Shown one piece after another: positions 1 through 11,468 of a DNA stretch of 64,000 nucleotides; positions within the stretch are counted from its first letter, which is position 1; each line of letters begins with the position of its first letter. The DNA is taken from the NCBI GenBank assembly GCA_030704615.1, contig CM060731.1, positions 73,656,001-73,720,000 on the forward strand, read 5' to 3'. The DNA is from Takakia lepidozioides (Eukaryota > Plantae > Bryophyta). Made by a program: the position numbers and the translations under genes. The notes below the pieces were generated by a model. That model made no database searches and was not told the DNA's origin. It was given only the letters and a program-made list of their open reading frames with translations.

Positions 1-354
1 TTCTCGAGCAAGCAACCTCCATAAGGGAAGCTTCTTAGGGAAGCTTCTTAGTAGCCAGTATATATAGGAGGCGAGACTGGACACTCTTCAGTCTCGCCAA
101 CACCAGTTCAAGCTACTCTTGTTTCCCAGTTCCCAGTACCCTGTTTTCAGTATCTGGTAATCCAGTCCAGTTTCCAGCATTCCAATATTCAAGTCGTGTT
201 CCAATATCTTGTACCCTTGTTCATTGTTATAAAGATCGTCTTGATTCATATTTACTCATCGTGCATACGGCCACGCCGACCTTGACTTCTTGCCTAGTTT
301 TATATCTCTAGTCTGATCTCTTGTTTGTGTTCAGTCATGTTTTCGTCATTGACA
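1..354 (+). repeat. 5' LTR (partial) of chromovirus copy 1
   Basis: Highly similar to ~4030-4382; ends ...TTGACA; TATA at ~59-66. Confidence 0.93.
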
Positions 355-356
355 GT

Positions 357-367
357 TTGGCGAGACT
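357..367 (+). promoter_or_regulatory. Self-complementary primer-binding site (TTGGCGAGACT)
   Basis: Exact reverse complement of LTR nt 90-100 (AGTCTCGCCAA), which lie ~25 nt downstream of the TATA box. Confidence 0.85.
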
Positions 368-392
368 AAAGTTTGTTCCTTAGTTAGTTAAG

Positions 393-1436
393 ATGGAAGG
401 CACATTTGCGGAAATGGTCGCCACATTGCAGAGTCTTCAGCTCCAGATGCAAGAACTTCATGCCTCTACTGCCCAACTACAAGTTGATCAGTCTCAAGAT
501 CTTGGCAACGCTCTCAACAATTTGCAACAACAAATTTCAGAGTTGAAGGAGACGAACAATGGATCTTCAACCTTACGAGTCCCTACTACAATAAATCCTA
601 CTGCAACGGTTCCTCCAAATCTTCAACAGATTACAAGGGAACCAAACGTCAGCATGCCCGAAAAATTTGATAGGACGAGATCAAGATTTCGTGGTTTTGT
701 TCAACAAGTACGATTGTTCCTACGACTACATCCACAACGTTACCCTGATGAAGGTATTCAAGTAGGATTTGTGGGCATCATTCTATCCGGCACTACCCTA
801 TCTTGATTTGCACCGCTATTAGAGAAAAATTTGCATTTACTATACAATTTTGAAGCGTTCATGTCCGAGTGCACTGCAACGTTTGGAGGGAATGATAAAG
901 AGAGAGTTGCAGAGACAAAGATGCGAAATCCTCGACAAGGAGCACGTCCAGCTTCCGTTTATGCTGCCGAATTTCGACAACTTGCGTGCGACCTCGATTG
1001 GAATGAGAAGAGTCTCATTAGTCAGTTTCGATGTGGCCTAAAAGAGGATGTAAAATATTTGTTGCTGACAATGTCAAACGTGAGTACATTGAGCGAATTC
1101 ATCACCCAAGTCATTGCATGCGATAATCGTTTGTTTGAACGACGTCAAGAGAAGCGATATGGATGGTCGACGACGCACCATGCCGCTGCTACTACGGCAT
1201 CAAATACAACGATCCATCAGACATCCGGTAATGATCATATGCAGATTGATGCTGTCCGATTCAAGCCATTGACGCCACAAGAAAAACAAATACGGCGCTC
1301 GAATGGATTATGTCTTTATTGCGGAGAAGATGATCACATAGCATTAAACTGTCCCAACAAGAGAAGATTCAAAGCTCGGGGCACAACTCAAGTGTTCGAT
1401 ACGAGGAGGTCGGAAAACGAAGATGTCCAGTCGTAG
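393..1436 (+). pseudogene. gag: gag of chromovirus copy 1 (premature TGA at 804-806)
   Basis: ORFs 393-806 and 831-1436 are in the same frame; PEKFD, 'QG..ASVYAAEFRQLA..LDWNE' and CX2CX4HX4C motifs; copy 2 has TGG at the stop position. Confidence 0.9.
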
Positions 1437-1444
1437 TAGGGACC

Positions 1445-3154
1445 ATGCGGCTGGACATCCCAAATTCCTCACCAAAAAAAGGTCTTTTTCTATCTCCAGA
1501 CCCTGTACCTTGTTTCACAGTTCCAGTAAAGATCAGGATGCAAAATCAAGATATCTCCGTAGAAGCACTTTTGGACTCGGGCACTTCAGCGTGTTTTCTT
1601 GACAAAGACTTTGCGATTGATGCAGCTTTTTTCATCATCTTGAAACCAGCAAATCTCCAAGTGAATATGCTATCCATGTCCACCTATGACGATGTAGAGA
1701 TCATAAAAGAGATTTAGGAAGCACTGAAGAGCGACCAATTTGCTACGACACTACGAAGTCAACTAAATTGACCCCGAGACAACCCACATATTACAAACGA
1801 CTTCGAATTCAAAGATGACTTACTTTATTTCAAGTGACTTCTCTATGTACCTCCAGGACCTACACGACTTCAAATTCTTCAAACATGTCATGATCTTCCG
1901 GCTGCGGGACATTTCGGCTTCAACAAAATAATGGAATTGATATCCAGGGACTATTGGTGGCCGCAGATGTGGAAACTCGTGAAAGAATTTATAAAATCTT
2001 GCGACACATGTGTTAGAGCGAAGGGACCACGATATCGACCTTACGGCCTTCTTCAACCATTACCCATTCCCAAGGGCCTATGGTCGTCCGTATCTATGGA
2101 CTTTATTACGGACCTTCTAATTTCCAAAACCACCGATTCAATCCTTGTTATTGTAGATCGTTTTACGAAGATGGCACATTTCATTCCATGTAATAAGACA
2201 GTTACCGGCGAGGAAACTGCAAGACTCTTCCTCAATAATATCTACCGCATTCATGGACTCCCGAAGGACATCGTATCTAATCGATGACCACAGTTCATAT
2301 CAAATTTCTGGAGGGGATTATTTCACATATTGGGTACTAAGATCAACCTCTCTACAGCTAATCATCCACAGACTGATGGTCAAACCGAACATGTAAACCA
2401 GATTTTGGAGCAGTATCTTCGCTATATGATAAATTATCACCAAGATAATTAGACGGACTTTCTGTCATTGGCTGAGTTTGCCTACAACAACACTATACAT
2501 TCTTCGACCAAACATACTTCATTTTTCTTCAATTATGGTCATCATCCTCGAGCAAACCCTTTCCATATGAAGACTGTTGGAACCCCTGCTGCAGAAAACC
2601 TTACTACTCATCTTGCTACGATTCACAAGGAGCTTACATTCCACCTCGCAGAAGCTCAAAAACAATACAAGGAGTATGCAGATCAACGTCGTCAACTCCA
2701 ACCCCAGTTCAAGGTTGGGGATCGCGTGTGGCTTCTTCGACGTGACATACAAACCTCGCGACCATCAAGGAAGTTGGATTATCAACGCCTGGAACCATTC
2801 AAAATTATTCGACAAATAAATCCGGTCAGTTTTCGGCTTGAACTCCCATGAAGTATGCGCATCCATCCAGTCTTTCATGTTTCATTATTGGAATTGTATC
2901 ATCCATCGAATATTCCAGGGAGAGTCTCCGTACCACCTCCACCAATCGAAGTCAATTAGGAAATTGAGTGTGAAGTCGACGAAATCCTAGACTCTCGCAT
3001 CAAGTATAAACGTCTTGAGTATTTCGTACATTGGAAATGTTACGACATTAGCAAATGAACGTGGGAACCTTCATCCAACCTCGCCAATGCATCCGACAAA
3101 ATCCAAGAGTTTCATCAACGATATCCAGCTAAGCCCCGAGCTACATGTCAATAA
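1445..3154 (+). pseudogene. pol: pol remnant: protease N-terminus, integrase, chromodomain; several stops; RT/RH missing
   Basis: ORFs 1445-1717, 1931-2287 and 2468-2851, plus a chromodomain read manually at ~2960-3140. Confidence 0.9.
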
Positions 3155-3287
3155 GACGTCGCAACGATGATGTCAGCCAAGTTAGCTTCAAGATGAAGAC
3201 TTCACATTCAATGTACCTGATACACGCTAAGGAGGGAGGAACACCACACATCAATATATATAGCTACACTTCTAGCACTTTTGCATC

Positions 3288-3701
3288 TTGTATTGGCAGT
3301 ATGGAGTCACAGGAACCAGATACATTGGAGTTGTTGTTTACCCAGCTACCAGCTTAGCCGTTCCGACTCTCACGACCTTCAACATCACGCCGACGCTCTC
3401 GAGACGATGGGCCATCAATGCGACGCGTACTTCCTCGTCTGGACCCGTACGACGGCAAGTGGAGCCTACTCGAAGTCTGATAATTCTGTTAGAGGTTGAG
3501 GCTTCGGACCCAGAGGGCAACGAAATCATGTTTGAAGGCAACTTCGAAAATCAAAATGCTCAAATCACTGCGTGGTCCCAAGTTCAAGGTGTTGGACACT
3601 ATCGATGGTTGCAGGGACCTATAAATCATTTGAGTCAAGAACGAAGAGCCGAATACTTGGCGAGTATCATTCGCCGGATTTTGGATTTTCTCCAACTCTA
3701 A
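3288..3701 (+). CDS. Extra ORF between pol and PPT, unknown function
   Basis: 137-codon open frame with a non-ATG start; homologous, interrupted frames in copy 2 (~11524-11935, minus) and in the fragment at 10139-10328. Confidence 0.4.
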   Translation: MYWQYGVTGTRYIGVVVYPATSLAVPTLTTFNITPTLSRRWAINATRTSSSGPVRRQVEPTRSLIILLEVEASDPEGNEIMFEGNFENQNAQITAWSQVQGVGHYRWLQGPINHLSQERRAEYLASIIRRILDFLQL

Positions 3702-3756
3702 GCAAGTCCAAGATTTTACCGCTCCTTGAGAAACTCGGTGCTAGAGGAGGGGGTGA

Positions 3757-4382
3757 TGTCACGGACATAGCCCAGAGGAACTTACCAGGAGTAAATACCA
3801 GAAGTTATAAAGTTACCATGCTACCGGAAGTTACCATGACTTACCGTGATTTATCATTATCTACCATGATTTACTATTACTTACCAAGTTACCGGGAGTT
3901 TACCAAATTACCAAGAGTAACTTGGGAAACTACTCAGGAAGCTTCATTTGGAGGAAACTTCTCCATCAAGATACCTCATTTGTTTAAGGAAGCTTCTCTA
4001 TCAAGAAACCTTTGTTTAATCTTGAAAACTTCTCCAGCAAATAATCTCCATAAGGGAAGTTTCTTAGTAGCCAGTATATAAAGGAGGCGAGACTGGACAC
4101 TCTTCAGTCTCGCCAACACCAGTTCAAGCTACTCTTGTTTCCAGTTTCCAGTTCCCAGTACCCTAGCCCAGTTTTCATTATCTGGTAATTCAGTCCAATT
4201 TCCAGTATTCAAGTATTCAAGTCGTGTTCCAATATCTTGTACCTTTGTTCATTGTTATAAAGATCGCCTTGATTCATATTTACTCATCGTGCATACGGCC
4301 ACGCCGACCTTGACTTCTTGCTAAGTCTTGTATCTCTAGTCTGATCTCTTGTTTGTGTTCAGTCATGTTCTCGTCCTTGACA
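3757..4382 (+). repeat. 3' LTR of chromovirus copy 1 (626 bp, TGTCA...TGACA)
   Basis: Follows PPT AGAGGAGGGGGTGA; terminal inverted TGTCA/TGACA. Confidence 0.95.
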
Positions 4383-6184
4383 TTGACTATGTATCCCATA
4401 AGGGGGGATTTTTGCTCTGTCGGACCATCTCCACTCCCCAGGGTCCATCTGCAACATGCTCAGTGGGAAACATAGGAACCAGAACAGGGGAGTTTTAGAG
4501 GCCCAACATATCTCTTCACCTGGGATGGGTGGTTTGGGGTCAGGGGTACCCGTTTTTACTTCCAGAACTCTAATTCTAAACGTCTCTTCATGGTGCAACT
4601 CCCCTGTCCCGAGAATGGCCATCAGCCCTCTAGGTGAGGCTTGGAATATAAAACCTGTCCAATGCGATGAATTGGAGGCGGTGGCCAGCAGTGCAAAATT
4701 GCCATTGCATTTGGATGTATCAAACCAGCAGGGGAGGTCGGTAAAAGTACAACCACCTCCCGTGAACAGCGGCATCAAATTCGAAACACCTTGCGTAATA
4801 TGATCCCAACCATACCTTAAGGACGAAGCTGACAGGAGGGAAGCCAGTATGGGGCGCTCCAGGAAAGCCTCATTCTCCCACACGTTCGCAATGTGCGACA
4901 GCCCACGGGATTCCCAGGTCGACCACTTTTTGCTCAGAGTGGTGAGAGGCTCATGGCATAGATTGGGATTTCCAAACAAGGGTTGACGAATAGCTTCCTC
5001 AAAGCAAGAGGCTTTGCTTTGTGTAAGATGAGGCCTCATGGAGTTCCACGCAGCCCAAATCGAATTCTAGGCAGACGAGCCCCTGCCTTTAGTTTTGACT
5101 GGGCCCTGGACCATCTATTTAAGATATAGGGCCCAAGAGCTAGAGCTGGAAAGTAAAGCATTAATCAGATGCTCTCTTGCTAATATGCACCAAGGGCTAT
5201 CTCCAAAACGAAGAATCCTAAGAATCAACTTAGCGAGCAGCGCATAAATTTGAGTGTAGCGGTCAATTAGCCCAAGGCCTCCCTCTTTCCGAGGTCTGCA
5301 AAGTTGAGCCCAAGAGACCAACGCCCTCTTGGATGGGGCAGAAGGGGAAGCCTCCCACATGAAGTTTCTCATCATAACGTTAATTTTTACTATGAGCTTC
5401 GATCCTAGGGACTAGACAGAAGCTGAGAACCATGCAAATGGAGGCAAGCAGAATTTGATTAAGTACAAGTGCCCTACCTACAATAGAGAACATGGCAGAG
5501 CTCCAGAAGGCAAGCTCCCTGTGTAGAATGGGCTCATACCTCTGCTCCTCCAATCCCCATTTGGAAGAAGCTTGGAAGCCAAGCAGCGTGTGCGATGATC
5601 CTGGTTGAAGCCATCTGAGCCCCCAGCCCTGCCCCCAAGGAGGGCCACGTCTCGTGGAGGCATTGGGAAGCAGCTCAGTAAGAAGCCCGACTGATTTATT
5701 CCAGTTCACCTTGAGTCCTGAAGCAGAGCAGAAGAGCTGATCGAGGTTCACAAGCTCTATTGATATTGGTCGGACTCTCGTTGTTCAGCAGCAGAGTAGT
5801 ATCGTCAGCATACATAGACAGTTTAACAGACGAGTCTTGAGAAACCTTCAAACCCACTATGTCCTGTCTAGAAGCTAGATAATGTCCCAAAGCATCTGCT
5901 GCTATTAGGAATAAGTAGGGGGCCAGGGGGCAGCCTTGCAGCCTAACAGACCTGTGAAGTGCAAAAGGTTTTGATATAGCTCCATTGACAGAAACCTCGC
6001 TAGATGCGGAGCTTAGAAGAAGTCCCACCCACCTAGAGAAGCTCTCCGACATACCAATTTTAGCCAGAACTTTATGCAGGAAGCCCCAGTCAATATTGTC
6101 AAAGGCTTTTTCAAAATCTAGCATTAGAATTGCCAGTGGCTGCTTCGAGCATTTGGCTTTGTGCATGGCCTCGTGCAGATTGTC
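4383..6184 (-). mobile_element. L1/Tx1-like LINE ORF2 remnant (RT and downstream region), frameshifted
   Basis: LDFEKAFD, QGCPLAPYLF, YADD, GLKVNWNKS and 'W..LC.P.KEGGLG' motifs across ORFs 5696-6268, 5380-5751, 5115-5375 and 4359-5039. Confidence 0.92.
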
Positions 6185-6784
6185 GAGGGCAGCTAGGTCA
6201 TGAGCCCAAAGTTGTGAGCTTGTGAGCCCAAGAGCCCGTGAGCCCAGCATACGCTCACGCCACGTCATCTTTGAATTCCAAACTTACAGGTCCTATTTCC
6301 GCGGGAGGCGCCTATTTCTGCGGATTCATTTACCCTTTACTGTCATTGCAGACGAATGTTTGTGGATGTGGATGCGTATACCTCTCACCTTTCACAATTA
6401 CATTACCTGACTAGAGACACAAGCTTTGAGGGGTAACACTGAACATCTTCCACTTTGCAACACCCATACGGCACTACCACATAACATGCCCTCATTATCT
6501 TTCTCTCACTATATGTATGAGGCATGAACCTTGCTATTGCATTGTAGCATTGAGCTCTAAGTAGAGTTCGAAGCATCACATTAGTCCGAAGCCAGGAGGC
6601 AGACTTAAATTATATGGGGCCATACAGGGCCAGAGATAAGAGGGAGTATGCATATTAGTTCAGTGCAACCATTGAGAGCAGTTCCTTTACTTAGTTGAAA
6701 TGCTTGTGCATGAGTCCACAGCAGAAAACACAGATCGCCATAAACAAAATGTTGCATGAGCAGTGGTTAGTGAATAATGAAGGT

Positions 6785-8064
6785 CATGAGTTACCATCAC
6801 TTGACCCACCATCCACTTCATGTGCAATGTCATCTACAAACTAGCTCCATAACCCCAACCTCTCCCTTGGTGGACCTTGGTCGGACTGGAGGTGGCATGC
6901 AAAGACATAGTCCTTGCCAATTCCTCCGCATAGATTGGAAGCTTGTACGAGGGTGCAAGAGTCCTCTAGGGTCCGCACGCCCTCTAGTGCTTGGGAATCT
7001 ATTTGCAATGTAGCAGTGAACAAACTGAACTTACTCACAAGCAAAATCATCGTCTAGATCCTTGTCCGAGGTCTCGCCGGTATCAATATCAATCGGCACC
7101 TCCTTCTGAATGGAGGCAGAAAAACTTCCACCCAATCCCACCAAGACGTTCTTGAAAATGTCCACATCACCTTCAAACCCAAAGAGGTGTCTCGCACTGG
7201 CCTTACATGCATGATAAGAAGCCCCTGCAATGGAAATGAAGAAAAGAACCAAGCTGGTTTTCACATGCGATGTCTCCGTGCCTCTGCACATTGAAGTGAG
7301 AAAGTCAGTTCAAAAAATGACAAAGCAAGCATAGATGAATGAAACCACAAGTGAAACATTTGGAGACAACCCACATGTTTACATCATTCATGGCTGTCAA
7401 TAGCCCCATCATATTGGCGGCACAATTGAGGACCATTGATCAAACACAGTAATGCCACTCATCCTCTTGTGAGTGCAGCCTCGCAATGACACCCATCCAT
7501 GCAAGCAACCAATGATTCCCATCCCATACGTAAAACATCTTGCCAGAGAATGCTTGCGTCGTCGGTTTTCTCAACAAAAAGAGTTCGAAAGATTCATTCA
7601 CATGCCTCCAAATGGGATCCCATGACTCGATCACGGACTCATCCACAAGAGTCTCCTTGCCTTTGGAATCCGTGGTTGAAACATAAAAAACAGCGGATCC
7701 ATCCAAGTATCCATGAACAAAATCTGCCTCCAGCTTCTGGATGTCATTAATGAGCGGTGGACGAACAACGGGCATGGAAATCATCCTGCAAAGAGGATCA
7801 TCAACCTCCCACCAGGTGCAAGCATACTTTGCACCACAAGTTGCGAATTCACCTTCTGGTTCCCTAGCATTGGCGCGCCTTGCTTTCATATAATTCATTG
7901 TCTACATCATGGATCTTTTCATCCGGAGCCTTGGTTGTCTCCACTTCCTGCACTGCTGGAGTGTCATCCTCGACTCTTTGCATCTTCTCTTGCAGGGGTA
8001 TCACACTGAAATGGACATGAGGAACATTACTTGAGAGAGGCAGAAACTGTTTTTCAGCTTTCAC
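6785..8064 (-). pseudogene. ParB/MTase-like accessory gene of copy D, internally deleted
   Basis: PLCRMISM.VVRPPL..DI.KLE.DFVHGY..FYVWDGNH exon (7440-7898); GASYHACKASARHLFGFEGD exon (7031-7230); last-exon motif LPIYAEELA; same splice donors as copy B. Confidence 0.8.
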
Positions 8065-8659
8065 TTAACTGTGCTTAATCAAGAAGTTTTCCTCAATCCC
8101 AGGGTCTCTTACATTTCCAAATCGCACCATCACCCAACTATAATCACTCACATTGTGTTTTTTCAAACATTAGATCTCAACCAAGGAAAAGGGTAGAAAC
8201 AGTGTGCAGTGCCGCACACTGTTTTCTGCTTCCATATGAACATGATCCATCACCACAAGCAAATTTTCACCAAACAAAGACAATGCAGAGTGTTTTTCTG
8301 TTTCGATGTGCAAAATGCTTTCATCTCTCAACATCAAAACAACGGGGCAGAATGAGCACAAACAGGCTTACATTCTTTTGTTTGGGTCGAAGAATCCTAC
8401 ATTGCAAAGGGGCAGAAACAGTGTGCGGCACCGCACATTGTCTGCTGCTGTCACTCAACTCTGTTTCACCACAAAATGTTCATCATATCTCCTGCTCTTT
8501 TCATATCACAAACGTAGCCAAAAGAAGGGGCAGAAACAGTGTGCGGTGCCGCACACTGTTTTCTGCTTTCAATTCACTATGCTTGATATCGACAGGGAGG
8601 CTCTTTCTTGGTTGTCTTTCACATAAAATTCTGACTTTGTGAAGGGGTAGAAACACTTC

Positions 8660-9547
8660 AAAAGCTCTCAAATTTGCTCTCAAAAAAGGCAATGTGGAGG
8701 GGCTCAAACAGTGTGCGGTGAAGCACATTGTTTTAAGCCATCACTTCAATCTACTTCTACACTCCAGAAGCTCTCAAATTCGCTCTCAAAAAAGGCACTG
8801 TGGAGGGGCTCAAACAGTGTGCTTTGAAGCACACTGTTTTCAGCCATCACTTCAATCTCCAGAAGATCTCAAATTTGCTCTCAAAAAAGGCAATGTAGAG
8901 GGGCCCAAACAGTGTGCGGTGAAGCACACTGTTTTCAGCCATCATTTCAATCTATTTCTACACTCTAGAAGCTCTCAATTTTTCTCTAAAAAAAGGCAAT
9001 GTGGAGGGGCTCAAACAGTGTGCTTTGAAGCACATTATTTTCAGCCATCTCAATCTACTTCTACACTCCAGAAGCTATCAAATTCGCTCTCAAAAAGGCA
9101 ATGTAGAGGGGCCCAAACAGTGTGTGGTGCAGCACACTATTTTCAGCCATTACTTCAATCTACTTCTACACTCTAGAAGCTCTCAAATTCGCTCTCAAAA
9201 AAGGCAATGTAGAGGGGCCCAAACAGTGTGCTTTGAAGCACACTATTTTCAACCATCACTTCAATCTACTTCTACACTCCAGAAGCTCTCAAATTCGCTC
9301 TCAAAAAAAGCACTGTGGAGGGGTTCAAACAGTGTGCTTTGATTTGAAGCACACTGTTTTCAGCCATCACTTCAATCTAATTCTACACTCCAGAAGCTCT
9401 CAAAATCGCTCTTAAAAAAAGCAATGTGGAGGGGCTCAAACAGTGTGCGGTGAAGCACACTGTTTTCAGCCATCACTTCAATCTACTTCTACACTCTAGA
9501 AGCTCTCAAATTCGCTCTCAAAAAAGGCACTGTGGAGGGGCTCAAAT
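8660..9547. repeat. Tandem ~106-bp repeat (~8 units) with palindromic core AAACAGTGTGC-N5-GCACACTGTTT
   Basis: Unit starts at 8665, 8771, ... 9180, 9286; isolated cores also occur at ~8195-8565 and ~9630-10065. Confidence 0.9.
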
Positions 9548-10138
9548 TTTCTGCTTCCATCTCTTTATGCTTCACATCAACCTAAAAGCTTGTCATGTAA
9601 TGAAAACCCTACATTGCAAAGGGCCAGAATATGTGTGCGGCATCGCACACTTTATTCCACTGCCAATGCAGTATCAGCATGGCACGAATGGCTCTCACTC
9701 ACTCGAGCTTCAGCACTACATTTCCAGCACATCTCTTGTTGTTTTGACATCCAAAAACATAGTGAAATGGGGGCAGAAATAGTGTGCGTTGCCGCATACT
9801 GTTTTCTGCTCCCATTTCAGTATGTATTAAATGAACTGGTAGCTAGTTTCTTGTTTCTCTTCCGCCCTCAACCCTTACTTGCACAACAGGAAAATATGTG
9901 TGTGGTGTCGCACCTTTTTTCCACTGCCAATGCAGTATGCTTCTGGAATGAATGATTGTCACTAAAGTAGGCATCACCACTATATTTCACCACATCTCCA
10001 GTCCTTATAACATCAGCAACGTAGCAAAAAAGAGGGGCAAAAAACAGTGTGCAGCATTGTTTTCTGCTTCCATGTCACTATGCTTTATCTCCATAGGGGC
10101 CTTGTCTGTTGGTTGCCTTCACATCTAAACCCTACTTT

Positions 10139-10328
10139 CTCAAATCACTGCGTGGTTTCGAGTTCAAGATGTTGGACACTAACGATGGTTGCAGTGACCT
10201 ATAAATCATTTGATTCAAGCACAAAGATCCGAATACTTGGCAAGTATCATTCGCCGAATTTTGGATTTTTCTCCAACTCTAAGGAAGTCAAGATTTTACC
10301 GCTCCTCGAGGAACTCGGCGCTAGGGGA
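10139..10328 (+). mobile_element. Chromovirus fragment (end of extra ORF to PPT)
   Basis: Homologous to 3559-3750. Confidence 0.8.
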
Positions 10329-10826
10329 CGGAGATGACGGTTGTCAGACAAGGAACCGCCGCCGGCGTTCATGATGATGTAAGGGCCTTCCTTCTGGGGA
10401 TTTTTCGAGGACACTCGAAACTGCATCGGAAGGCATGGAAATCCACGTCCACTTTCTAATTTCCATTTTCCACTTTCGACGTAAGTGTACAATGTGGCAG
10501 ACACGAATGCAGTGAGTGCTAACACATGCCTCGTCCGTGGCATGTCATCCATATCCACAGTTCAAATTTGAGCTGTGCACGACGGGCTCCTGTTCGTCCC
10601 TTGCAGACATCGGACAGACAGTGTCGTGCACTGGCCCTATGAACTCTGCTCTAGATTCTGAAGCTTGTTTCCATGCAGATCAGCACTGTATTCCTTTGAG
10701 TGTGTCAGTGGACGCCGAGGGGTTCGCTGTGGTTGGGGAGGAAATTCTCGCTACAACATTCAAATTTGAGATCGGTTCGTTGGTTGTTTTGAAGGAAATT
10801 CATAATCATGATGGTTGTGTGGTGCG

Positions 10827-11468
10827 TGTCAAAGACAAGAACATAACTGAACACAAACAAGAGATCAGACTAGAGGTACAAGACTAGACAAGAAGTCAAG
10901 GTCGGGGTGGCCGTATGCACGATGAGTAAATATGAATCAAGACGATCTTTATAACAATGAACAAGAGTACAAGATATTGGAATACGACTTGAATACTGGA
11001 ATGCTGGAAACTGGACTGGAGTACCAGATCTTGGAAACTGGGCTAAAGTACTGGGAACTGGAAACAAGAGTAGCTTGAACTGGTGTTGGTGAGACTGGAC
11101 ACTCGTTGGCGAGACTGAAGAGTGTCCAGTCTCGCCTCTTATATATACTGCCTACTAAGAAGTCTCCTAAGAAGCTTCCCTTATGGAGGTTTCTTGATGG
11201 AGAAGTTTCCAAGATTAAACAAAGATTTTTTGATGGAGAAGCTTCCTTAAACAAATGAGGTATCTTGATGAAGAAGTTTCCTCCAAAAGAAGCTTCCTGA
11301 GCAGTTTCCCAACTTATTCTTGGTAATTTGGTAAACTCCCGATAACATGGTAAGTAATAATAAATCATGGTAGATCATGGTAAATCACGGTAAGTCATAG
11401 TAACTTATGATAACATGGTAATTTCTGGTATTTATTCCTAGTAAGTCCTCTGGGCTATGTCCGTGACA
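10827..11468 (-). repeat. 3' LTR of chromovirus copy 2
   Basis: Reverse complement of the 3757-4382 LTR; TGTCA/TGACA ends. Confidence 0.93.

Larger units (their letters stand above)
1..4382 (+). mobile_element. Ty3/gypsy chromovirus (Tcn1/Tf1-like), copy 1; non-autonomous, RT/RNaseH deleted; 5' LTR cut by window edge
   Basis: Matching LTRs (1-354 partial, 3757-4382), PBS 357-367, gag with CCHC knuckle (CLYCGEDDHIALNC), protease (LLDSG), integrase (H..GH..C..C, SMDFIT, TDGQTE), chromodomain (EVDEILDSRI..LEYFVHWK..TWEP), PPT 3743-3756. Protease joins the pre-integrase region directly at ~1620. Confidence 0.95.
6185..10138 (-). mobile_element. Divergent, truncated member (D) of the Mutator-like ParB-MTase family
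   Basis: TIR-like GAGGGCAGCTAGGTCATGAGCCC at 6185 (14/23 in register with the family TIR), GTGAGC subterminal repeats, CCGCGG hairpin at ~6299-6325, accessory-gene exons. Right end and TSD not found. Confidence 0.7.

Noticed and set aside
8660-9547. Regular palindromic repeats resembling a CRISPR array, and their repetitive ORFs
   Set aside because: Spacers are copies of each other, there are no cas genes, and the context is eukaryotic; the ORFs are repeat artefacts.
10329-10826. ORF 10516-10887 as a host exon
   Set aside because: It runs into the LTR, and I recognise no homology or partner exons.
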